Source: a virus (taxonomy: Duplodnaviria; Caudoviricetes). Taken from it: 64,000 nt of DNA. The stretch covers positions 1-64,000 of the IMG/VR virus record IMGVR_UViG_2844496579_000002; one strand, given 5' to 3'. Of this stretch, positions 38,106-46,740 are shown one piece after another. Made by a program: the position numbers and the translations under genes. A model generated the notes under the pieces. The model had not been told where the DNA came from. It saw only the letters and a list, made by a program, of their open reading frames with translations, and made no database searches. Every line of letters starts with the position of its first letter. The stretch's first letter is position 1.

Positions 38106-40655
38106 ATGGCAACCGTTGAAGAACTCGCGGGGTACCTGTCTAACCCAAATGTGCAGAAGGTCCTGCGCACGATTGGCCAGGCGGAAGGCACGGTAGGGGA
38201 GAAGATCGCCGACCCGTACCGCATCGCCTTTGGCGGGGGCACGTTTGATTCATTGGATGCCCACCCCAATACGATGGCCTCGTTCACGCAGACCGATGGC
38301 AAGAGGAACAAGACGAGCGCGGCCGGCGCGTACCAGTTCCTCAAGCCGACTTGGGACGATGTGTCCAGCAAGCTAGGGTTGAAGGATTTCAGCCCACGCA
38401 GCCAGGATATCGCCGCGCTGGAATTGATCAATCGCGCGGGTGCGTTGCAGGATGTCTTGAACGGAGACACAGCGTCCGCTTTCGGAAAGCTTGGGTCCAC
38501 TTGGGCCAGTTTGCCGTCGTCCCCCTACGCCCAACCGAAGCGCTCGCAAGGCTTCATTGAGCAAGCCCTGAATGCTGTGATTCCCACTGCGGAGGCCGCG
38601 CCAGTGCCCAAGATTGACCCGAGCAAAGTGCAATGGGATGAGCCTGCTACGAAATCAGCCGATCCGGCGATTGACGTTTCGAAAGTCCAGTGGGATGAGC
38701 CGGCCGCTACCGCAGCCGAGGGTGGCTCTCCACGCGCTCCAGAGCCGGGGCGCACCGGTGTACTGGGCGCTATTGAGGATCTCGGGGCCGGCGTCCGCAA
38801 GATGGGCCAGGGCATCGCGCAGGGGTTCGGCGACGTACCGGCTGGCCTCGGGCAATCCTCTATGCACCAGGGGCAGCAGATTCTGGGAGCTATCGACCAG
38901 TTGGCTGGTACGAACCTGTCTGCGAGCGCACAACCGAATGTGGCCGCGCGTGACGCAGAAGTCGCGCAGCGTGAGGCAGACTACCAAGCAGCTACACCAG
39001 GGTCTGCGGCGGCTGGCGTGGGGCGCCTGGCGGGGAATCTGGCCTTTGCCATGGCGGGCGGACCTTCTGCCTTGGCCGCTCCTATGACGACCGGCGCTCA
39101 ACTCGGTGCGCGTGCATTGCCGATGGCACCCCGCCTGGGCGCGGCGCTAGGCACTGGCGCTGGTAGTGGGCTGGTCGGGGCCGGGTATGGTGCGACGGCC
39201 CCGGTGCCGGTTGGCGACTACGACGAGCAGTCGGCCCGGAACGCTGTGGCCGGAGGGGTTCTTGGCGCGGTGACCCCGGCGCTTGGTCAAGCAGTTGGGT
39301 CGGCAGGGCGCTACATCGGGCGCAATGTAAAAGCCGCCGTAGCACCGTTTTCTGAGTCAGGCCGGCAACGCATCGCCGAAAATATCTTGGCGCGGATGGC
39401 GCAGGGCGGCCCTCAGAAAGGGAGGGTAGGCCAGTTCGTGGAAGGTGTGGAGCCTACCATGGCGGAAATCACCGGCAACCCGAAGATTGCGAACCTACAA
39501 CGCACTATCCGCGACTTGGAGCCGACGCCATTTGTCGCACGGGAGGAAGCCAATCAGCTTGCTCGCCAGGACGCTATGAGCGCGATCCGTGGCAGCGCCG
39601 ATGATCTGGCATCGGCCAAGATCGCCCGCTCAGCGGCTGCGGCAGACGACTATCTGAACACGCACGTCGGTATCCCGGTCGCGAATACGGAATACGCCGC
39701 GCTCAAGCGCACGCCGGCCTTCCAGAGCGCTTTCGCAGAAGCTGAGCGGATGGCCAAGAACTCTGGCGGCTCGGTGGAAACCAAGGTGATCAACCGCACG
39801 AATGCAAATCGCGGCGGCCAAATTGGCACCCCGGATACCTATGTTTCCGGCGTCGGTTTGCAGCGCATCAAGATGGCTCTTGATGACCAGATCAACACCG
39901 CGATGCGGGCTGGGAAAAACGGCGAGGCCGCCAACGTCCTGCAAGTGAAGGGACGGCTGGTCGACATGATGGACCGCGAAATCCCTGGCTATGCCGAGGC
40001 GCGGCAAGCCTATTCGGCTGCGTCCCGAGATATTGACCAGATGTCGTATCTACAAGGGCTTAACCTGACGGATGCCCAAGGGGATATCACGCTGGCTCGC
40101 GTTCAGAACGCGCTGCGTAATCTGGAGAAGGCCCAACAGAAGCCTGGCATGAACGAGGCGAAATCGGTCACGGCAGAGAAGATTGCTGCGCTGACCGATA
40201 TCCGCGACGACCTGCTGCGGCAGGCGCAGGCGCAAAAAGGGCGATCCTTGGGGACCAACACCGCTCAGAACTTGGCGATGCAGAACCTGCTATCAACCAT
40301 GCTTCCTGGGAAAACGGGGGACGTGGTTGGCGCGATTGGCCCGGGTGCTATTGCTGGCGGTGGGCTGGGGCTTGCGCTTGGCGGCCCGGCAGGCGGTGCG
40401 GCTGGGGCCGTGGTTGGAAACAGGCTTGAGGCCGCTGCGAATGCCTTGATGCGCTCCGGCAATGAGGATATCCAGAACCGACTGGCTCGCTTGTTGCTGA
40501 ATGAGGGTGGCTCAGGGCTTTCTGCTCTCGAGCGTGCAGCCAGTCCGGCGCGACCACTCCCTGGTATGAGCGGACTGAATCGGCTCCTCTACCCATCCAT
40601 CAGTGTCGGTGGGTCTTTGGGGATGAGCGTCAAAACTCCGACCAACTCCCGGTGA
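38106..40655 (+). CDS. Large ejection protein with N-terminal lambda-R-like lytic transglycosylase
   Basis: AEGT, SAAGAYQFL, DFSPRSQD, WASLP; Gly/Ala-rich TM-like segments. Confidence 0.82.
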   Translation: MATVEELAGYLSNPNVQKVLRTIGQAEGTVGEKIADPYRIAFGGGTFDSLDAHPNTMASFTQTDGKRNKTSAAGAYQFLKPTWDDVSSKLGLKDFSPRSQDIAALELINRAGALQDVLNGDTASAFGKLGSTWASLPSSPYAQPKRSQGFIEQALNAVIPTAEAAPVPKIDPSKVQWDEPATKSADPAIDVSKVQWDEPAATAAEGGSPRAPEPGRTGVLGAIEDLGAGVRKMGQGIAQGFGDVPAGLGQSSMHQGQQILGAIDQLAGTNLSASAQPNVAARDAEVAQREADYQAATPGSAAAGVGRLAGNLAFAMAGGPSALAAPMTTGAQLGARALPMAPRLGAALGTGAGSGLVGAGYGATAPVPVGDYDEQSARNAVAGGVLGAVTPALGQAVGSAGRYIGRNVKAAVAPFSESGRQRIAENILARMAQGGPQKGRVGQFVEGVEPTMAEITGNPKIANLQRTIRDLEPTPFVAREEANQLARQDAMSAIRGSADDLASAKIARSAAAADDYLNTHVGIPVANTEYAALKRTPAFQSAFAEAERMAKNSGGSVETKVINRTNANRGGQIGTPDTYVSGVGLQRIKMALDDQINTAMRAGKNGEAANVLQVKGRLVDMMDREIPGYAEARQAYSAASRDIDQMSYLQGLNLTDAQGDITLARVQNALRNLEKAQQKPGMNEAKSVTAEKIAALTDIRDDLLRQAQAQKGRSLGTNTAQNLAMQNLLSTMLPGKTGDVVGAIGPGAIAGGGLGLALGGPAGGAAGAVVGNRLEAAANALMRSGNEDIQNRLARLLLNEGGSGLSALERAASPARPLPGMSGLNRLLYPSISVGGSLGMSVKTPTNSR

Positions 40656-40736
40656 TTCTTTAAAGCCATCCCATATCCCTTTCACGAAAGCGAAAGCGAG
40701 ATAAGCCAGTAACGGGATCGGCAGGTAGTTTTCCAT
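40512..40736 (-). CDS. Small antisense membrane protein (possible superinfection exclusion)
   Basis: N-terminal TM IPLLAYLAFAFV; P22 sieA-like position. Confidence 0.4.
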   Translation of the reverse strand: MENYLPIPLLAYLAFAFVKGIWDGFKESPGVGRSFDAHPQRPTDTDGWVEEPIQSAHTREWSRRTGCTLESRKP

Positions 40737-40790
40737 TTCGCAAATATAGCAGCCCCGCCAAGAGCGGGGCTTTCCTTTCTGGGGCTTGCA

Positions 40791-42212
40791 ATGCCGCAAT
40801 CTTATATCTCCCCCCGATTCAGCGCCATCGACTCGAATGGTCGGCCTCTTGTCGGCGGGAAGCTGTACACGTACATCAATGGCACCACGACGCCCCAGGT
40901 GACGTACCAGGACGCAGGCGGGCTTGCGGCCAATACGAATCCCGTCATCCTGGATGCGCGTGGCGAGGCGGTCATTTTCCTGACTGATGGCGTGGTCTAT
41001 ACCTTCGTCTTGAAGGACGCCGACGACGCATTGATCTGGAGCCAGGATTCTATTTCTGGAGCGCAGACGAGTAGCGGCGGCATCACACCCGTTACGGTGC
41101 TGCCGGGCTCCGATATCGGCCCTGTGTACATGCCTGGGCAGGGGATCTTTTATTGGAACGGCACTCAATACGTGTCGGACTTCCAAGGCGGGTTCTCGGG
41201 CGGTGGGTTCTCTTTCAAGAACAAAATTATCAACGGCGACTTCCGAGTTTGGCAGCGGGGTACGTCGATTGGGCCAATTACATCAGCCTCATCTAACCCT
41301 TATGTATCTGATCGCTGGCGCGCAACGATCTCGGGGTCGTCCTCAATTACCGTAACGCAGCAAATGGCGTCTAGCGACTATGGACAGGCTCGCACTGGTG
41401 CATTCACCGCGAGGGTCACATCGAACGCGGCGGAATCTCCAGCCGCTGGGGACAAAAACCGCCTGTCCCAAGCCGTTGAAGGGCAAAACCTCCTGAGCTT
41501 TGCTATGGGAACCCTGTGGGGCGGATCCTTCACTCTGTCGTTCTGGGTTAAGGCTTCAATTGTCGGGACCTATTGTGTGGCTTTCCTCAACAGTGGAAGT
41601 CCTTCCTATAGGGCATATGTCGCCAATTTTTCCATTGGTGCAGCGAACGTTTGGGAACTGAAAAGAATCACTGTCCCGATAGATTCGTCGGGGTTGGCCA
41701 ATTGGGTCCGCGATACCGGGCTGGGCATGCAGGTGATTTTTGACCTGGGAAGCGGGTCAAACTACGAAGGAGCGGTAAACACCTGGCTATCGACCGAAAC
41801 CACGCGGACCACTGGCGCGGTGCGTTTGGTCGGCACAAATGCCGCCACGTTTGAAGTGGGGCAAGTTCAGCTTGAGATGGGTACCCAGCAGACGCCCTTT
41901 GACGATCGGCCTTACGAGGTTGAATTTGACCTGTGCCGTCGGTACTTCTGGCGCGCGCCGAATAGCAGCTATATGTGGTCTGGCAATACCACTTCTGGAA
42001 TCACCTATTACGCAAGCTGCTTGCTCCCGGTAACGATGCGTGCCACACCTACTGTCAGCGGCACGACCTCCAATGGAGAAAGCGGTTTCCCAACGTCTTT
42101 TGCCGGCGCTTCTCCACAGACGGCAAATACTGTGGTCGTATCCAAAGTAGCTAACGCCACGGCCAGCGGTTCCTTCTATTACGCAGGGTTTGATGTGACG
42201 GCGGAATATTGA
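40791..42212 (+). CDS. Tail fibre/spike with head-binding domain
   Basis: NGRPLVGGKLYTY..GTTTP, TNPVILDARGE; KNKIINGDFRVWQRG; CRRYF. Confidence 0.85.
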   Translation: MPQSYISPRFSAIDSNGRPLVGGKLYTYINGTTTPQVTYQDAGGLAANTNPVILDARGEAVIFLTDGVVYTFVLKDADDALIWSQDSISGAQTSSGGITPVTVLPGSDIGPVYMPGQGIFYWNGTQYVSDFQGGFSGGGFSFKNKIINGDFRVWQRGTSIGPITSASSNPYVSDRWRATISGSSSITVTQQMASSDYGQARTGAFTARVTSNAAESPAAGDKNRLSQAVEGQNLLSFAMGTLWGGSFTLSFWVKASIVGTYCVAFLNSGSPSYRAYVANFSIGAANVWELKRITVPIDSSGLANWVRDTGLGMQVIFDLGSGSNYEGAVNTWLSTETTRTTGAVRLVGTNAATFEVGQVQLEMGTQQTPFDDRPYEVEFDLCRRYFWRAPNSSYMWSGNTTSGITYYASCLLPVTMRATPTVSGTTSNGESGFPTSFAGASPQTANTVVVSKVANATASGSFYYAGFDVTAEY

Positions 42213-42214
42213 AT

Positions 42215-42361
42215 ATGTACGAACTCCTACCAGGCGGATTTATCAAGCGCTTATCCGATGGCGCCGTGATCCCAAGAGATCCGCAAAATTTCGATTATGC
42301 TGCATTCCTTGAATGGGAAGCCAGTGGCAATACCGCGCTGCTAGGCCGACCAAAACCCTAA
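42215..42361 (+). CDS. Small tail-fibre-associated protein
   Basis: IKRLSDGAVIP.DP.N.DY..FLEW motif right after the fibre gene. Confidence 0.6.
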   Translation: MYELLPGGFIKRLSDGAVIPRDPQNFDYAAFLEWEASGNTALLGRPKP

Positions 42362-42376
42362 TCAACTGGCGTCCAA

Positions 42377-43081
42377 ATGCGAACACTCTTACTGTTTCTT
42401 CTGGCCCTCTTTGCCATCCCGGCTGGGGCCGCGTCCCTGTTGTGCTTCGGAGACAGCCAGACACAGGCACGGCCGCCGCTGGTGGTGTCTGACACGTACT
42501 GCCACAAGATGGCCCAAGCCACCGGACGCACTGCGATTAATGCCGGCGTGGGGGGCAACACTTCCACGATGGGCTTGGCGCGTTTGCAAACCGACGTGCT
42601 TTCCACATCGGCCGAATGCGTGGCAGTGATGTTCGGGGCGAATGACGCATTCATTGAATCTGCGCCGACCTACAACTATTCCAGCTACTGGACTGAGCCC
42701 AAGCCCGGCCGGGTTTCGCTGGCGACCTACCGCGATAACATCACCAGCATGGTGACCCAGATCCAAGCGGAGGGAAAGGCGGTAACGCTGATCACGCCCT
42801 GGGCGTTCTGGTCCACCGAATACTTGCAGCAGTTTCCGTTCTACGTGAACGTGGTGAAACAGGTGGGTAAGGAGATGGGCGTCCCGGTTTTGGATGCCTA
42901 TGCGATTCAGCTGAATCTTTGGTGGGCCAGCCAGCCGTGGCTAACCCCGGCCAGCGGCGCGCCGTCGTTTTGGGCGCTGGAACAGGATTACCAACACCCT
43001 AGCGCTCTCGGGCACACAAAGATCGCAGAGCTATGTACGAAGCCAGAAAATTCCGCGTCCTGTGCCTGCACCGCTCAATAA
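42377..43081 (+). CDS. Secreted SGNH/GDSL hydrolase
   Basis: Signal peptide; FGDS, NAGVGG, GAND, DYQHP blocks. Confidence 0.88.
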   Translation: MRTLLLFLLALFAIPAGAASLLCFGDSQTQARPPLVVSDTYCHKMAQATGRTAINAGVGGNTSTMGLARLQTDVLSTSAECVAVMFGANDAFIESAPTYNYSSYWTEPKPGRVSLATYRDNITSMVTQIQAEGKAVTLITPWAFWSTEYLQQFPFYVNVVKQVGKEMGVPVLDAYAIQLNLWWASQPWLTPASGAPSFWALEQDYQHPSALGHTKIAELCTKPENSASCACTAQ

Positions 43082-43118
43082 GCCGCTCAGCGGCTTTTTT
43101 TACGTCCGAAGGAACGTT

Positions 43119-43442
43119 ATGAACGACATACCAACCCGCGTAGCGGTCCTTGAGAAAGACATGGGCCAAGTCAAGACGAGTCTTGCGAAGCTCTTCATAT
43201 GGTTTTCGGTGGCGGTGGCCGTAGGCTCGCCGCTTTTCGGTGGCCTTCTTGGGGTCATCGCGTGGAATGCCGCCCGCAGCGTGAACCAGCTCGATAGTTT
43301 GAGCGTGGGAGTGGGAGACATCAAGACGGATATGGCCGTGGTCAAGAGCAAACAGGAGACGCAGGACAAATCCTGGAAGCTGATCACCCAGCTATCAAAA
43401 GGGGGGGCAACCAATGTGTCAAAAACTCTCAACGATGAGTAG
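43119..43442 (+). CDS. Single-TM membrane protein of the lysis region
   Basis: Coiled coil-TM-coiled coil. Confidence 0.6.
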   Translation: MNDIPTRVAVLEKDMGQVKTSLAKLFIWFSVAVAVGSPLFGGLLGVIAWNAARSVNQLDSLSVGVGDIKTDMAVVKSKQETQDKSWKLITQLSKGGATNVSKTLNDE

Positions 43443-43451
43443 GTGTGTGCG

Positions 43452-43715
43452 ATGAAGCTGATTCCCCAATGGCGCCAGTTCTGGCGCATGACATCGATCC
43501 AACTCCAGGCGGTTGCCCTGGCTTTCTTCTCTTACATTACGGCGGTGCCAGATGCAGCGATTCAACTTTGGGGCCTTCTTCCGGTCGATATTCGGGATTC
43601 CTTCCCGCCTGGATACGTCAAGTGGTTCGGCATCGCAATCATCGCCCTCGGCATCGTCGCCCGGCTCATCCGCCAGCCCAAGATCGATCAGCGACGAGGG
43701 CCTGACGGTCCTTAA
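43452..43715 (+). CDS. Holin (2 TM)
   Basis: MKLIPQWR..WRM.S, ARLIRQP. Confidence 0.75.
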   Translation: MKLIPQWRQFWRMTSIQLQAVALAFFSYITAVPDAAIQLWGLLPVDIRDSFPPGYVKWFGIAIIALGIVARLIRQPKIDQRRGPDGP

Positions 43716-44151
43716 GCACTACGAGGGCTGCGAGCTACAGGCGTACCAGGACTCGGTGGGGGTGTGGACCATCGGCTACGGAGATACCGAGAACGTATTG
43801 CCCGGAATGGTCATCACGCGGCAGGAGGCGGAAGACCGCCTAGAGCGCCGACTTGCTCGGGACTTCGAGCCAGGGGTGCGGGCAGCGGTCGCCGTGGGCA
43901 TGCGTCAGGAGCAGTTCGACGCGATGGTGTGCCTCGCCTACAACATCGGGGTAGGGGCGTTCACCGGATCCACGCTGGTCAAATTGTTCAACGCCGGGGA
44001 TATCGCCCTGGCCGCTGACCAGTTCCCACGCTGGGATAAGGCGGGCGGAAAGTCGCTCAAGGGCCTGCGCCGCCGACGTGCTGCCGAACGTGCGTTGTTC
44101 CTGGGGGCCAATGCTGCCTATGCCATCGCGGCGGGAGACAAGACGCCATGA
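43552..44151 (+). CDS. GH24 (T4/P22-type) lysozyme endolysin; start lies inside the holin gene
   Basis: HYEGC..AYQDSVGVWTIGYG triad; QFDAMV..AYNIG; GLRRRRAAE. Confidence 0.88.
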   Translation: MQRFNFGAFFRSIFGIPSRLDTSSGSASQSSPSASSPGSSASPRSISDEGLTVLKHYEGCELQAYQDSVGVWTIGYGDTENVLPGMVITRQEAEDRLERRLARDFEPGVRAAVAVGMRQEQFDAMVCLAYNIGVGAFTGSTLVKLFNAGDIALAADQFPRWDKAGGKSLKGLRRRRAAERALFLGANAAYAIAAGDKTP

Positions 44152-44399
44152 CCCTCCTACTCGAATTCTGGCCCTACATCGCTGGAGGGGTGGCCGTCAT
44201 CCTGGCGTACTTCGGCGTCCGCCTCAAGGGCAAGTCAGACGGCCGCCAGGAAGTCCGCGACCAGATCAACAAACAGGCGGTCGAATCCGCCAAGGAAGTG
44301 CGCGATGTTCACGCTAAGATCAATCGGATGGACGACGGCGGCGCTGCTGCTGAGCTTAATCGCAAGTGGGTGCGCGACAAGGGAACCGGTGGTCGCTGA
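44148..44399 (+). CDS. Rz: Inner-membrane spanin-like protein
   Basis: N-terminal TM after the endolysin. Confidence 0.65.
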   Translation: MTLLLEFWPYIAGGVAVILAYFGVRLKGKSDGRQEVRDQINKQAVESAKEVRDVHAKINRMDDGGAAAELNRKWVRDKGTGGR

Positions 44400-44529
44400 A
44401 TTCTGCATGGTGTCGCTGCCGATCTTCATCAGCCAGCATGACGTGCTGACGGACGGGACGGCGCGGCAGATCCTGACGCACAACGAGCTAGGCGTCAGGC
44501 TTTGCGACTGGCCGGGGGCAGACGATTAG
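44305..44529 (+). CDS. Rz1: Outer-membrane spanin lipoprotein
   Basis: Lipobox ASGC; overlaps Rz. Confidence 0.7.
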   Translation: MFTLRSIGWTTAALLLSLIASGCATREPVVAEFCMVSLPIFISQHDVLTDGTARQILTHNELGVRLCDWPGADD

Positions 44530-44531
44530 GC

Positions 44532-44640
44532 TGTCTAAAACTGTTCATCGGTCCTATTCAAATCAATGACTTACGAACGCCAAAACGCCGTATCGTTTTA
44601 GACTGGACTGCACCGAAAACGCATACGAATCAACATCTTA
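44532..44640. promoter_or_regulatory. att arm: putative integrase arm-type and IHF sites
   Basis: TGTCTAAAACT (also at 7504), inverted GTTTTAGAC at 44595; IHF consensus AATCAA-N4-TTA at 44561 and 44628. Confidence 0.65.
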
Positions 44641-44659
44641 TAGATTCTTTCAGATAGTC

Positions 44660-44672
44660 TGACGGAATACAT
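44660..44672 (+). repeat. attR core of prophage 2
   Basis: Identical to 7437-7449. Confidence 0.92.
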
Positions 44673-44889
44673 AGTCGTCGTGGCGCTGGTGGCGGTGGCG
44701 GCTATTGCCGTCTATCAGTACTTCGGTCAGGTGGTTCGTTCCCAAACCGCCGCCATGGCGCGCGAGCTTGCAGGGGAAGACGGCGGCACACAGACGCGCG
44801 CGGCACAGCAGGCGGCTCAGAAGGCCGCGGCTCAGGCCAAGGCACGGTCTCTCAAGTCCTTTACCGGCAATGCCTCGGATGCGAAGTGA
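44662..44889 (+). pseudogene. flp: 3' fragment of Flp pilin gene
   Basis: TEYIVVVALVAVAAIAVYQYFG hydrophobic pilin helix; in-frame TAG at 44641, so no leader is supplied by phage DNA. Confidence 0.88.
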
Positions 44890-45776
44890 TGACGCGGATG
44901 CGGGTGTCTTCCGGCGTTCAGCAGGGCCAGGCGTTGGTGCTGGGCATGATGATCGTGTCGGTCGCGGCGGCATCCCTGGTTGTGCTCTACAACCTGGGTC
45001 AAACTGCTGAAGGCCGCATGCGCTTGACCCATGCGGCGGACGCGGCGGCCTATAGCGGCGCGCTTGAGCAAGCGCGCACGCTCAATGCCCTTGCTTATTT
45101 GAACCGTACGCAGATTGCGCACCAGGTCGCCATGGCGCACTTGGTCACCTTGGCCGCCGCCGCCCAGTACGGCCGTACCATGCACGCTCAACGTACCCGC
45201 GGCAACCCGCCTGCCGGCCTGATCGCCATGCTGTTTGGCCCGGATATGGGGCTTGCTTATCGGGCAGGGCAGGTAGTGCCCGATGCTGAGTCCCGCTTGG
45301 CCAATGCGTTCGCACAACATGACTACGTTGTGCATCGGGTGTTGGAAGCCGCGGCGGCTTCGGCCATGACCGGGCTGTCGGCTTCGCGCGAGCGCATCAT
45401 GCGCAAGGTCCTGGAAGCCAACATGACTGACTCGGATCAGGATTCGGGCAAGTTGCCCCGTGCGCCGGGGCTTACGTTGCATTTGCTGTCGGATGCGTGG
45501 CCCGGGTTCGCCCAGCGTAACGTCGGTACGCGCAAAGCGGGGCTGCGGCCAGCTGTGGAGCAGGCTGTCGACCGCTATGCCTACCTGCAAAAGCGCAATG
45601 CCACGCGCCGCAATTCCTGGCCCGTCAGCAAACGTTGCCCCTTGAAGCGGCATGAATTGCGCCGCCGTGGTTCGACATGGTTGGGGCCCGATGGGCGTTG
45701 GGGCGCCTTGGACACTCAGTCGTTTCATGCGCTGCGATCCAATCGATGGATCGGCTGCTATTTCCGCGAATATTCG
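44889..45776 (+). pseudogene. Tad pilus assembly protein (TadG-like), truncated by prophage 3
   Basis: QQGQAL pseudopilin motif plus TM plus AADAAAYSGA; sequence turns into phage terminator/att DNA after CYFREY. Confidence 0.72.
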
Positions 45777-45784
45777 CCGGAAAT

Positions 45785-45812
45785 GGAAAAGCCGCTACTG
45801 GAGCGGCTTTCC
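45785..45812 (-). terminator. Terminator at the prophage 3 left end
   Basis: AAAGCCGCT/AGCGGCTTT hairpin. Confidence 0.65.
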
Positions 45813-45818
45813 GGGTGG

Positions 45819-46067
45819 TCAGGTGGTTTGTTTGTCCTCTTGGGGTACATCTGAGGGTACAAACTGTTTTTCGGCCCATCGCCGGACATCGTCAGGGTTC
45901 CAGACCACGATCTGTCGGCTGATGGGTGTGCCCTTTGGGAAGGTGCCGGCCCTGATTCGCTTGTAAATCTCCCCCTTGGACAGGCCGACCGCGTGCGACA
46001 CGTCGGCGATGCGATATAGCAGCTTCGGCGCCGCGGCCGTCGCCTGTTGTTGGGCTGCGTGTGCCAT
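45819..46067 (-). CDS. alpA: AlpA-family excisionase/regulator
   Basis: VGLSKGEIYKRIRAGTFP...W; overlaps GGGTACA direct repeats (45843-45861). Confidence 0.85.
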   Translation of the reverse strand: MAHAAQQQATAAAPKLLYRIADVSHAVGLSKGEIYKRIRAGTFPKGTPISRQIVVWNPDDVRRWAEKQFVPSDVPQEDKQTT

Positions 46068-46343
46068 TTACCGCTCCTTTGCCGAGGTGTCGGCCAACGC
46101 TGCAACCACGGCGGCATAGGCGGGTTCTTGGCCGGCGTTGTCAGACTGCGGCTCAAACCAGCCCGCATAGCGCATTTCGTTTTCTGCAAGCCGCAGCGCA
46201 GCAACAAGTGTTGGGGCGTTCGCCCCATCCCGCGCCATCGCCACCAGCGCATCCCGCTCGGCTCGCGACAGGGTGACCGCTTCGCCCCACGCCTTGCAGC
46301 ACGTAGGCCGCTGCGCGATGGCTTCGATTTCGTCTTTATTCAC
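46068..46343 (-). CDS. Modular phage protein
   Basis: GTG with GGAGG SD; DEIEAIAQRPT...MARDG unit shared with prophage 2. Confidence 0.6.
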   Translation of the reverse strand: MNKDEIEAIAQRPTCCKAWGEAVTLSRAERDALVAMARDGANAPTLVAALRLAENEMRYAGWFEPQSDNAGQEPAYAAVVAALADTSAKER

Positions 46344-46740
46344 GTCCGCCTCCGTCCGTGCGGGGGTGCTGGGCGGCAATCTCGGCGGCAGCGCGGACAA
46401 TTGCGCGGCGTAATGCCCCTATGCGGTCTTTGCCATGCTCCTCAGTCACAACGATGTTCCGTGTGTCCCGCCGGTGTCGTATTTGTTTCACAATCCATAC
46501 GCCATCCCATTCCGGGGTTCTCGGTATACATCGATGGTCGCCGGCCTCTTCGAACTGGAGACGCAAATCGGCGGCCAGAAGCAGCGCGTCGCCATCGTTT
46601 ACCAAGGGGTTCCATGATTCCTCGCTGCGGCTGCCTGGCTCAGATGCTTGCATCAGCCATCCGCTATCCAGCCGGATCCAGTGGAATTCCAGGCCGGCAG
46701 CCGTCGCCGCCAGCTCCAACAGTTCGCGATCACTGCGCAT
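46336..46740 (-). CDS. Phage hypothetical protein, paralog of 8721..9059
   Basis: Shared N-terminal ~50 aa. Confidence 0.7.
   Translation of the reverse strand: MRSDRELLELAATAAGLEFHWIRLDSGWLMQASEPGSRSEESWNPLVNDGDALLLAADLRLQFEEAGDHRCIPRTPEWDGVWIVKQIRHRRDTRNIVVTEEHGKDRIGALRRAIVRAAAEIAAQHPRTDGGGRE

Larger units (their letters stand above)
7437..44672. mobile_element. Prophage 2: lambdoid temperate phage with P22-like podovirus morphogenesis, apparently intact
   Basis: att repeats, int/xis, recombination, cI/cro/cII, replication, Q, terminase, portal, coat, ejection, tail and lysis genes in lambdoid order. Confidence 0.93.

Noticed and set aside
40791-42361. Diversity-generating retroelement target in the tail fibre
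   Set aside because: No reverse transcriptase and no adenine-variant repeat pair seen in the window.
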